64,000 nucleotides of DNA from Terriglobia bacterium (GTDB lineage Bacteria > Acidobacteriota > Terriglobia > 20CM-2-55-15), in NCBI GenBank assembly GCA_965218585.1, contig CBDCLE010000026.1:128001-192000 (forward strand). Reading direction: 5' to 3'. This document shows positions 29,059 through 37,591 of the stretch, in pieces (the first letter of the stretch is position 1; every line of letters begins with the position of its first letter). The notes beneath the pieces were generated by a model, which saw only the letters and a program-made list of their open reading frames with translations, did not search any database and was not told the DNA's origin. A program made the position numbers and the translations under genes.

Positions 29059-29588
29059 TGCTCAAGCGTCTTGCCCTCGTTCGAGTTCCACTCGGTTTTG
29101 CCCTTGCAGTCGTCGTTTTCTACCTGGCAAGACCGGCAACGATTGTCATGGCTATCGGGTTCCCTATCGCTCTGGCAGGCATTGTCTTCCGCGGAGCGGC
29201 CGCAGGCGTCATCCACAAGAACGACGCGCTGGCACAGCAGGGACCCTACCGTATGACGCGAAATCCTCTTTATTTCGGAAGCTTTCTGTTGGCGGTCGGC
29301 TTCGCCATCATGAGCGGGAGCCTTGTTGGGGGAATCCTTCTCGTTGTCCCGTCCGCTCTGATTTATCCCGTTGTTATCAGAAACGAGGAGGCGTTCCTCA
29401 GCAATTCGTTCGGAACAGAATTCGAGCAGTTCCGCCAGAGTGTGCCCTGCTTTCTTCCGCGCAGGGTGAACTGGAAGGTATTCGAATCGTTTTCAATGGA
29501 TCGATATCGCGCCAATCGGGAATACAACGCGGCCATCGGGTTCGTCGGCGCAACAGTAATCTTGCTACTAAAGTATTTCTTGTCTTAG
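29058..29588 (+). CDS. Isoprenylcysteine carboxyl methyltransferase (ICMT/PEMT) family membrane protein
   Basis: TGATG overlap with the GT9 stop; GPYRMTRNPLYFG, EEAFL..FG.EF..F...VP.FLP. Confidence 0.88.
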   Translation: MLKRLALVRVPLGFALAVVVFYLARPATIVMAIGFPIALAGIVFRGAAAGVIHKNDALAQQGPYRMTRNPLYFGSFLLAVGFAIMSGSLVGGILLVVPSALIYPVVIRNEEAFLSNSFGTEFEQFRQSVPCFLPRRVNWKVFESFSMDRYRANREYNAAIGFVGATVILLLKYFLS

Positions 29589-29629
29589 GGATACAGCTCC
29601 GGGTGGTTGGTTCGGCACCGGAAAAGTCG

Positions 29630-29652
29630 TCAGCCATCAGCCATCAGCCATC
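29630..29652. repeat. Heptamer tandem repeat (CAGCCAT)x3
   Basis: tcagccatcagccatcagccatc; related words at 39767-39792 and 50609-50636. Confidence 0.6.
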
Positions 29653-29723
29653 GGGCGCCTGCGATTGGGCCGAGCTCGGAGCCGGTCGCTGACCCCCGAC
29701 AGTCTGGACATCGAAACAACTGG

Positions 29724-29752
29724 TTGATTTCGTTAGTCTCCGAACCTATACT
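29724..29752 (+). promoter_or_regulatory. Sigma70 promoter of the rimP-nusA-infB operon
   Basis: TTGATT-17 nt-TATACT. Confidence 0.75.
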
Positions 29753-29765
29753 TTCCTCGTAGACG

Positions 29766-29792
29766 AAAGTGGGCCGCTGAGCCCACTTTTTT
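29766..29792 (+). promoter_or_regulatory. rimP leader terminator/attenuator hairpin
   Basis: AAAGTGGGC-CGCTGA-GCCCACTTT plus TTT, the widely conserved GUGGG/CCCAC hairpin in front of rimP. Confidence 0.85.
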
Positions 29793-29799
29793 GTTTGTT

Positions 29800-30288
29800 A
29801 TGGGAGTTGGGCTGGATCGAATACGTCAGCTTGTCGGTGAAATCGTTGTCGCTGAAGGGTTTGAACTGGTCGACCTCGAGCTCAAGGGTTCAGGGCGCGA
29901 CCGAATCCTCCGAGTCTTCATCGACCGAGAGGACGGCATTTCGCACCGCGATTGCGAGTTGATCAGTGAGCAAGTTGGAACGGTTCTCGATGTCGAAGAT
30001 TTAATTCAATTTTCGTACACGCTGGAAGTTTCCTCACCAGGTCTGGATCGCAAGTTGGTCAGCAGGGATGACTTCGCGCGGTTCGAAGGTCACTTGGCAA
30101 AGATCCAGACTCGATTTCCACTACACAATCAGAAGGTTTTTAAAGGCCGCCTTCAGGGGCTCCAGGGGGAGAACATTCAACTGGAACTACCGAAAGGTGA
30201 GTTGCTGGAAATACCGCTCGACTTGATACGGGAAGCGCGCCTGGAAGTTGACTGGGGTTCGGAAATGAGCCGCCCAAGGAGTCGGTAA
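29800..30288 (+). CDS. rimP: Ribosome maturation factor RimP
   Basis: LRVFIDR..GI...DC, YTLEVSSPGLDR. Confidence 0.96.
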   Translation: MGVGLDRIRQLVGEIVVAEGFELVDLELKGSGRDRILRVFIDREDGISHRDCELISEQVGTVLDVEDLIQFSYTLEVSSPGLDRKLVSRDDFARFEGHLAKIQTRFPLHNQKVFKGRLQGLQGENIQLELPKGELLEIPLDLIREARLEVDWGSEMSRPRSR

Positions 30289-30290
30289 CG

Positions 30291-31946
30291 ATGTCTAATG
30301 TGCTGTTCCAGACAATCGACCAGATAAGCCGGGAAAAGGGGATCGATCCGCAGATCGTCATCGACGCAATCGAAGGTGCGATCGTGGTCGCTTCGAGGAA
30401 GTACTTCAAGACCGATGAAGAACTTCGATCCCGAATCAATCCGGAGACCGGCGAAATCGAAGTGTTCGCGGTTAGGAAAGTCGTCGACACCGTAGAAGAC
30501 GACATACTGGAAATCTCTCTGGAAGAGGCCCAGGCGCTCAAGGATGATGTGCAGGTCGATGACGAGCTGGAATTCCAGAAACCGACTGAAGGACTCGGCC
30601 GTATCGCCGCACAGATGGCCAAACAGGTCATCTTTCAGAAAGTACGCGAAGCCGAAAGAGAAAGCGTCTACGCCGAGTACCACGAACACGTGGGAGAAAT
30701 CGTCAACTGCATCGTCAAGCGATTCGAGAACGGCGACATCATAGTGGAATTGGGAAAAACCGAGGGTCGGCTGCCCAGGCGGGAACAGTCCCGACTGGAA
30801 AGCTTTACTGCCGGTGACCGTATGCGAGTCGTAATCGTTCGGGTTGAAAAGACAACCCGTGGACCTCAGGTCATCGTTTCCAGAGGAGACTCTGCACTGG
30901 TTCAAAGTCTTTTCCAGACCGAGGTGCCGGAAATCTACGACGGTACAGTACAGATAAGAAGCATTGCTCGAGAAGCCGGAGAACGAACCAAGATCGCTGT
31001 GACTTCCAGAGAACGGGACGTTGATCCTGTCGGCGCCTGCGTCGGCATGAAAGGGAGTCGTGTTCAATCTATCATTCGTGAATTGAGGGGTGAAAAGATT
31101 GACATTATCCAATGGTCCGACGACACCGTAACGTTCGCAACTAATGCCATCAGTCCGGCCCAGGTCAGCCGTGTTTCTATTCTGGACGCTCCGGAAATCG
31201 AAGAGTCCGAAGAGGAGCGGGAACAAGAACGGGTGATGGAGATCGTGGTCGAAGACAGTCAGCTTTCACTCGCGATCGGCAAAAAGGGTCAGAACGTGCG
31301 ACTGGCCTCAAAGCTTATAGGATGGCGAATTGACATCAAGAGCGAAGCTGAGAAACGCGCTGAAGTCGAAGACCAGATCGGGCGCATGCAGGCCGCCACG
31401 CCGTTGACTTCCATTGAGGGTTTGACCCCGAGCATTATCAGCAAACTGACTTCGGCAGATATCACGACGGTCGAACAGCTGGCTGATCTGGCACCCGAAG
31501 ATCTGGAAGCTGTCCCGGGAATCGGGGGGAAAACCATCGATAGAATCCGGGATGAATTGTCCGAATACTACGCCACCATGCCGACCTATCAGGACGACCT
31601 CGAACGTTCGACACAGGAACGCATGTTCGGCAAGCCCGAGAAAGAGGGGGACGCTGGCCACACCGCGAACGCTCAGGTAGAAGACTCTGCCCCGGAGAGC
31701 ACTTCGGAAACCCCTCCGGAGACCGGCGCGGAAGGTAATCCGGAAGTCATTCCAGAAGCTGGTCCACAAGCTAATTCAGAAGGAAATCCGGAAGAAACGG
31801 TCGAGCCGCTCGAAACCGAGTCTGCTTCCGATGAGGAGGGCGCGTCGGCCCAGGCCGACGAGACAGTAGATGTAGAAGAAAGCGGAGCGCCCGAGACAGT
31901 CGGCGATGAAGTCGCAGGCGTGGCTGAGGACACCGCAGACGCATGA
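30291..31946 (+). CDS. nusA: Transcription termination/antitermination factor NusA with long acidic tail
   Basis: GRIAAQ.AKQVI, REAGERTKIAV, DPVGACVG, SLAIGKKGQNVRLA; HhH domain then about 120 aa E/A/P-rich tail. Confidence 0.97.
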   Translation: MSNVLFQTIDQISREKGIDPQIVIDAIEGAIVVASRKYFKTDEELRSRINPETGEIEVFAVRKVVDTVEDDILEISLEEAQALKDDVQVDDELEFQKPTEGLGRIAAQMAKQVIFQKVREAERESVYAEYHEHVGEIVNCIVKRFENGDIIVELGKTEGRLPRREQSRLESFTAGDRMRVVIVRVEKTTRGPQVIVSRGDSALVQSLFQTEVPEIYDGTVQIRSIAREAGERTKIAVTSRERDVDPVGACVGMKGSRVQSIIRELRGEKIDIIQWSDDTVTFATNAISPAQVSRVSILDAPEIEESEEEREQERVMEIVVEDSQLSLAIGKKGQNVRLASKLIGWRIDIKSEAEKRAEVEDQIGRMQAATPLTSIEGLTPSIISKLTSADITTVEQLADLAPEDLEAVPGIGGKTIDRIRDELSEYYATMPTYQDDLERSTQERMFGKPEKEGDAGHTANAQVEDSAPESTSETPPETGAEGNPEVIPEAGPQANSEGNPEETVEPLETESASDEEGASAQADETVDVEESGAPETVGDEVAGVAEDTADA

Positions 31947-32012
31947 TAGAAGGAAGGCCACATGGTATTCTGTAGGGTTGGATTACTAAAGACGAGGAGT
32001 TAAGGCTACGGC

Positions 32013-34583
32013 ATGGGTAAGTTGCGAGTCTACCAGCTGGCGCGCGAACTCAATCGCGACAATAGCGAAGTCATCCGGGAGCTACAGCACCTGGGCGCGC
32101 CGGTCACTTCACATTCGAATACGGTCGAAGACCGTATGGCGGAACAACTGAAGCAAACGCTCGGCGTTCTCGTCATCGAAAAACCCAAGAGGAAGACCAA
32201 GGCGAAAGCCAAAGCCGGCAAGGCAGCGACGACCGAGGCGGAACCGACTGAAAAGAAGCCGGAAAAGGTAGGACCCGAACCTAAACTCGTCAAGACCAAG
32301 CCGAAGCCGGTCGCACCCCCAGTCGAACCGACTGTCGAACCCCCTGTCCAATCCATAGAAGCGCCCGCTGCAAGCGCAAAACCCCCTGAACCAGTGGTAG
32401 CCCCGGCAGAACCCAAGGCAGCTCCGCGCGCTCGGGCCGTCGCCGCGACCCCTCCCCCAGCGACGACTCCAGTTCAGAAGCAAAAGCCAGCGGAGAAGGG
32501 AGGAAAACCCAAGGCGCCCGCCGCCAGCAAGCCGGCGGCTACGAAGCGTCCGGTCGAGGAACGCAAGACAATGCAGCAGTTGGCGCAGGAACGACTGCGG
32601 CAACAGAACCGGCCGGTTCCCGAGCCTGGGCGTAGGCCTACACCAACTCGGGGCGGCAGATCCGTGCCCGTTCGTCCCGGACAGGGACGTACAGTTCCTC
32701 CCAGGCGCAGTCCTGGACCACCCCCGCGAAATCTCCGGCGCGACCGTCCGAGGCCGACTCGTGCGCAACGTGTGGATCGACGGCCGGCCCCGAGGCCACA
32801 ACCGAAACCGGAACCGGTCCGCGAGTTCCGGCGGGTCACGTTGACCGAAAATCTGACGGTCAAGGAACTGGCGGAACAGTTGGATGCACGATCCAAAGAC
32901 GTCATCAAGAAACTGATGGACCGCGGCATGTTCGCAACGATCAATCAGACGCTGGACAAGGAACTGGCTCAACAGCTCTGCAAAGATTTCAACGCAGAAG
33001 CCGATTTCGTAACGTTCGAAGAAAGCGTCATGCTCGACGCCGTCGAGGTGAGTGAATCGGACAAGATGGTGGTGCGGCCACCTGTGGTCACCATCATGGG
33101 ACACGTCGATCACGGCAAGACTTCCCTTCTGGACGCGATCCGAACGACCCGTGTGACCGAGTCCGAACACGGCGGGATTACCCAGCATATCGGGGCATAT
33201 CAGGTTCAGACCGGCGAGAAGAAGATCACTTTCCTCGACACGCCGGGTCACGAAGCCTTCACGCTCATGCGTGCACGCGGAGCATCCGTCACCGACGTCG
33301 TGATTCTGGTCGTCGCCGCGGACGATGGCGTGATGCCACAGACTTTGGAGTCGATATCCCATTCGAAGGCGGCCAAAGTTCCGTTGCTGGTTGCGATCAA
33401 CAAGATCGACGTTCCGAACGCCAACGTGGAAAAGGTCAAGCGCGAGCTTGCTGAAAAGGAACTTCTGGCTGAGGACTGGGGTGGCGACACCGTCATGGTG
33501 GAGGTGTCAGCAAAGCAAAAGACCAATCTGGATCTTCTGCTGGAAATGGTCCTGCTTGTTGCCGACATGCGTCAACTCAAAGGCGATCCGGATTTCCCTG
33601 CGATGGGAACGGTCCTCGAAGCCAAGCTGGACAAAGGACGTGGAAACGTTGCGACCATGCTGGTGCAAAACGGCACACTGAAGATTGGAGACAACTTTAT
33701 CGTGGGCGCAGTGTACGGCAAAGTACGTGCCATGTATGACGAAAACGGAGCACAGGTAGATGCTGCCGGCCCGTCTGTGCCTGTCGAGGTTCTTGGCCTT
33801 CAGGGACTTCCGATGGCCGGGGACTCCTTTCAAGTGATCGAGGACGACACGAAGGCACGCCAGATATCGCAGTTCCGTCAAGAGCGATTACGCGAAACGG
33901 AGCTGGCAAAGAAGTCCCGGCTGACTTTGGATCAGTTGCACCTCCGCATGGAAAAGGGAGAGGTCAAGGAAGTCCCGATCGTACTGAAGGGCGATGTTCA
34001 GGGATCGACCGAAGTCCTGACCCAAATGCTGAACAAGCTCGAAACCGAAAAGGTGAAGGTCCGGATCATCCACGCCGCTGTCGGAGCTATCACGGAGTAC
34101 GACGTGCTGCTGGCCGCAACTTCGGACGCAATTATCGTCGGCTTCAATGTACGCCCCGAAAAGAAGGCCGCCGAGATCGCAGACCGGGAACATGTGGACA
34201 TACGTCTGCACACTGTCATCTACAACGTAGTGGACGAGATGAAGCAGGCGATGGCGGGTGTTCTGGACCCGATTACAAAAGAAACGTACATGGGGACAGC
34301 GGAGGTTCGCGATACGTTCCGCGTTCCGAAGGTGGGAACGATCGCCGGTTGCTACATTACAGATGGCCGGATATCACGTAACGCGCAGGTCCGTCTGCTA
34401 AGGGACAACGTCGTCATTTACGAAGGCAAGATCGGATCGCTTAAACGATTCAAAGAGGACGCCTCAGAGGTCCGTTCCGGCTTCGAGTGCGGCATTGGGT
34501 TGGCCGGGTATAACGATGTCAAGGTCGGAGACGTCATCGAAGCCTTCGTCACGGAGCAAGTCGCCGCCGAGATAGGCGTTTAA
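32013..34583 (+). CDS. infB: Translation initiation factor IF-2
   Basis: RPPVVTIMGHVDHGKTSLLD, DTPGHEAF, NKID, SLKRFKED. Confidence 0.99.
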   Translation: MGKLRVYQLARELNRDNSEVIRELQHLGAPVTSHSNTVEDRMAEQLKQTLGVLVIEKPKRKTKAKAKAGKAATTEAEPTEKKPEKVGPEPKLVKTKPKPVAPPVEPTVEPPVQSIEAPAASAKPPEPVVAPAEPKAAPRARAVAATPPPATTPVQKQKPAEKGGKPKAPAASKPAATKRPVEERKTMQQLAQERLRQQNRPVPEPGRRPTPTRGGRSVPVRPGQGRTVPPRRSPGPPPRNLRRDRPRPTRAQRVDRRPAPRPQPKPEPVREFRRVTLTENLTVKELAEQLDARSKDVIKKLMDRGMFATINQTLDKELAQQLCKDFNAEADFVTFEESVMLDAVEVSESDKMVVRPPVVTIMGHVDHGKTSLLDAIRTTRVTESEHGGITQHIGAYQVQTGEKKITFLDTPGHEAFTLMRARGASVTDVVILVVAADDGVMPQTLESISHSKAAKVPLLVAINKIDVPNANVEKVKRELAEKELLAEDWGGDTVMVEVSAKQKTNLDLLLEMVLLVADMRQLKGDPDFPAMGTVLEAKLDKGRGNVATMLVQNGTLKIGDNFIVGAVYGKVRAMYDENGAQVDAAGPSVPVEVLGLQGLPMAGDSFQVIEDDTKARQISQFRQERLRETELAKKSRLTLDQLHLRMEKGEVKEVPIVLKGDVQGSTEVLTQMLNKLETEKVKVRIIHAAVGAITEYDVLLAATSDAIIVGFNVRPEKKAAEIADREHVDIRLHTVIYNVVDEMKQAMAGVLDPITKETYMGTAEVRDTFRVPKVGTIAGCYITDGRISRNAQVRLLRDNVVIYEGKIGSLKRFKEDASEVRSGFECGIGLAGYNDVKVGDVIEAFVTEQVAAEIGV

Positions 34584-34651
34584 CGACTGTTGCCCCGCTG
34601 GCGACGGGTGACAAGCCGGGGTTTTTCGAGCGCGACTCGTCACTTCTTCTC

Positions 34652-34933
34652 ATGCACATCGGGCTGCTCCAACTCGACGTCCATATCCCCTACGCACATT
34701 CTCTGAAAGAGAAACGAATGGCCTTGCGGAGCTTGAAGGACCGGTTACGGAAGAAGTTCAACGTTTCTGTTTCTGAGTTGGACCATCAGGACCTCTGGCA
34801 GAGGTCCAGGGTGGGGATCGTGAGCATCGGACCGGACGCCGGTTACCTTGAGCAACAGTTGAACCTTGCTCTCGACGAGGTTGAACGGATATTGCCCGAC
34901 TGTACCGTAAACGGGAATATCGAGCTTCTGTAA
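34652..34933 (+). CDS. DUF503 (YlxP-like) protein
   Basis: HSLKEKR...KFNVSVSE..QDLWQR; position between infB and rbfA. Confidence 0.9.
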   Translation: MHIGLLQLDVHIPYAHSLKEKRMALRSLKDRLRKKFNVSVSELDHQDLWQRSRVGIVSIGPDAGYLEQQLNLALDEVERILPDCTVNGNIELL

Positions 34934-35289
34934 TGGCTGAAAAAAAGAGATTGGACCGCCTGGCCCAGCAACTTCGAGCCGAACTCGGAACGCTGATCGA
35001 GGGCGAAATCGACGACCCACGTATGGCTATGGTGGCCGTGACGCACGTCCGGGTCTCCAGTGACATGAGATACGCCCGCATTTACATCAGTACCCTGGCG
35101 GGTGAGGGCAAACGCGAGACCGCGCTAAAAGGCCTTAATTCAGCGAAGAGCTTCCTTCGAAAACAGCTCAGCCACCGATTGCCACACCTGAAGAGGACGC
35201 CGGAGTTGACCTTCGACTACGATGAATCGTTCGAAAACGAAACAAGAATCGAAGAACTTCTGGCCCAGCTTCATTCTGAGGAACAATGA
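34933..35289 (+). CDS. rbfA: Ribosome-binding factor A
   Basis: DPR...VT.V.VS.D...A.IY, RTPELTFDYDES. Confidence 0.95.
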   Translation: MAEKKRLDRLAQQLRAELGTLIEGEIDDPRMAMVAVTHVRVSSDMRYARIYISTLAGEGKRETALKGLNSAKSFLRKQLSHRLPHLKRTPELTFDYDESFENETRIEELLAQLHSEEQ

Positions 35290-36275
35290 TTCAGAAAGTC
35301 GTTGAAACCATCCAGTCGCACACGGACTTTCTTGTCGTCAGTCACGTGCGTCCGGACGGCGATTCCCTGGGTTCCCAACTCGCTCTCTCCTTGATCCTGG
35401 AAGCGCTCGGAAAGAAGGTCGAAATCCTGAGTCGGGATCCGGTACCCTCCCGCTACGTTTCCCTGCCCGGCGCCGACCGGGTTCGAGTAGCGAATCAGGC
35501 GGAACAGCCCCACGAAGTAACGTTCGTTCTCGAGTGCGGCAATATCAACCGCCCGGGAATCTCGGGATTGGAGCCGGGCTTCATCGTTAACATCGACCAT
35601 CACCATTCCACAAAACCATTCGGAAGCGTAAGTTGGATTGACCCCTCCGCTTGCGCTGTTGGCCAGATGATCTATCGCCTCATGAAAGCTCTGGGTGTGG
35701 GTATGACGCAACAGATCGCAACGAACATATACGTAGCCGTGCTGACAGATACAGGGTCGTTCCAGTTTTCATCGACAACCGGCGACACGTTCCGATTGGC
35801 CGCTGAGCTGGCGGACCATGGCGTAGAAGTTTCCGACATCGCCATGAAAGTCTTCCACTCGAATCCAATCCAGAAAGTGCAGTCCATGGGGAAAATTCTG
35901 AACGCAATGGAGTTTGATTCCAGCGGAAGAATCGTCTCGACCGTTTTGTGGCAGGACGACTGGAAAATAGCAGACGGCGAGGACGACGTCGAAGGATTGG
36001 TCAACTATCCGCTGACGATTGACGGCGTCGATGTCTCGGTGTTTCTCCGCGAATTGGTGGACGGATCGTTTCGTGTCAGCATGCGGTCGAAGAGCGAAGT
36101 CGACGTATCCAGAGTTGCCTCCGAGTATGGTGGGGGCGGACACCGCAAAGCTGCAGGGTGTCAAATGGTGGGTTCACTGGACACTGTCCGGCAACAGGTC
36201 GTCTCCTCGATCCAGAACGAAATGGACTCGGACGCTACGTCTTCGGATCTTAGCTCCGACCTAAAAAGTAGTTGA
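35286..36275 (+). CDS. nrnA: DHH/DHHA1 oligoribonuclease / pAp phosphatase
   Basis: HVRPDGDSLGS, NIDHH, TDTGSF, GGGGHRKAAG. Confidence 0.9.
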   Translation: MIQKVVETIQSHTDFLVVSHVRPDGDSLGSQLALSLILEALGKKVEILSRDPVPSRYVSLPGADRVRVANQAEQPHEVTFVLECGNINRPGISGLEPGFIVNIDHHHSTKPFGSVSWIDPSACAVGQMIYRLMKALGVGMTQQIATNIYVAVLTDTGSFQFSSTTGDTFRLAAELADHGVEVSDIAMKVFHSNPIQKVQSMGKILNAMEFDSSGRIVSTVLWQDDWKIADGEDDVEGLVNYPLTIDGVDVSVFLRELVDGSFRVSMRSKSEVDVSRVASEYGGGGHRKAAGCQMVGSLDTVRQQVVSSIQNEMDSDATSSDLSSDLKSS

Positions 36276-37114
36276 ACGGTGTACTCGTCATTGATAAGCC
36301 GGGAGGGTTGACCTCCCACGACGTCGTAAGCCGCATTCGGAAGCGGCTGGACACCCGCCGGGTCGGACATCTGGGAACGCTGGATCCGGCAGCCACCGGA
36401 GTGCTTCCCCTGACTCTGGGCAAGGCGACCCGCCTGGCTCGGTTCATCCCCTCTTCGCCCAAGGAATACACCGGCGAGATCCGTCTGGGCTGGTCAACAA
36501 CCACCTGCGACCTCGAGGGTGAACGACTGGGAGAATCCAGTCCCGTCAATGTCAGCAGGGAGACTCTCGAAAAAGCAATGTCATCCCTCACAGGCAGGAT
36601 CGCGCAGGTTCCTCCTGCTTATTCCGCAAAAAGAATCGACGGTGTCAAAGCTTACAAACTAGCACGCAGGGGCGTCCCCCTCGAACTGGAACCTGTAACG
36701 GTAGAGATTCAGTCGTTCGATCTCGTCAGTTTCGAAGCACCGCTGATCGATTTCCGGGTCGTCTGCTCAGCCGGCACCTATATCAGAAGCCTGGCCCGGG
36801 ATCTTGGTGAAAGTCTGGGAACAGGTGGCCACCTCTTCTCTCTTCGGCGGACGCGCGCGGGAGAGTTCGGCCTCGAGCAGGCAATTTCGCCCGAGGACGC
36901 CTCGTGGGACAAGGTCATTCCTCCCGAGCAACTGATGGACGCGCTAGCCCGGATTGAAATCGAACCGGAGCAGGAAAATCAACTCCGGCACGGACAGGCG
37001 GTCCCGACCGAGCAGGAGACGTCACCTCTCCGCATCTTCAACAAAAAAGGCCAACTTATGGCTATTGCCACGGTTGAAAGGGGTTGGGCGCACCCCCGAG
37101 TTGTGTTACTCTAA
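36272..37114 (+). CDS. truB: tRNA pseudouridine(55) synthase
   Basis: DKPGGLTSHDVV, GHLGTLDPAATGVL, QVPPAYSA, SAGTYIRSL. Confidence 0.97.
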   Translation: MNGVLVIDKPGGLTSHDVVSRIRKRLDTRRVGHLGTLDPAATGVLPLTLGKATRLARFIPSSPKEYTGEIRLGWSTTTCDLEGERLGESSPVNVSRETLEKAMSSLTGRIAQVPPAYSAKRIDGVKAYKLARRGVPLELEPVTVEIQSFDLVSFEAPLIDFRVVCSAGTYIRSLARDLGESLGTGGHLFSLRRTRAGEFGLEQAISPEDASWDKVIPPEQLMDALARIEIEPEQENQLRHGQAVPTEQETSPLRIFNKKGQLMAIATVERGWAHPRVVLL

Positions 37115-37148
37115 ATCTCTAAATTTTGAGGGAGAATATAAGTAGAGA

Positions 37149-37424
37149 ATGGCTCTGACAACGGAATCCAAAGGCTCGATCATCGACCAATATCGGATCC
37201 ATCCTTCGGATACGGGGTCGCCGGAAGTTCAAATCGCGATACTCAGTGAAAGAATTTCTTACCTGACTGAGCATTTCAAGACGCACAAGAAGGATCATGC
37301 CTCACGTCGCGGGCTGCTGAAACTTGTTGGCCACCGGCGTCGCTTGCTCGAATACCTCAAACGACACGAATTGGGTCGTTATAAAGAGGTTGTTCAGAAG
37401 CTTGGGATACGCGTGCGCAAGTAG
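37149..37424 (+). CDS. rpsO: 30S ribosomal protein S15
   Basis: [24 protein letters not shown]. Confidence 0.98.
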   Translation: MALTTESKGSIIDQYRIHPSDTGSPEVQIAILSERISYLTEHFKTHKKDHASRRGLLKLVGHRRRLLEYLKRHELGRYKEVVQKLGIRVRK

Positions 37425-37591
37425 CCGGGCCAGATCCTGTCCAAGAACTCCGATCGATCAGTCCAACCCAATGGAAATTGACGCCCCAAAACGTTTTTGG
37501 GAGTAAAGTCAGCGGTCCTCAGAAAGGAACCGTCCGCCGTGGTTCGCCGCATCCTTCAGTCAGCGCCGAATAAAGGATAGATGAAACAACT

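Noticed and set aside
37425-37591. rpsO-pnp spacer as a novel ncRNA
   Set aside because: Structured pnp leaders are expected, and I could not define a specific fold by eye.
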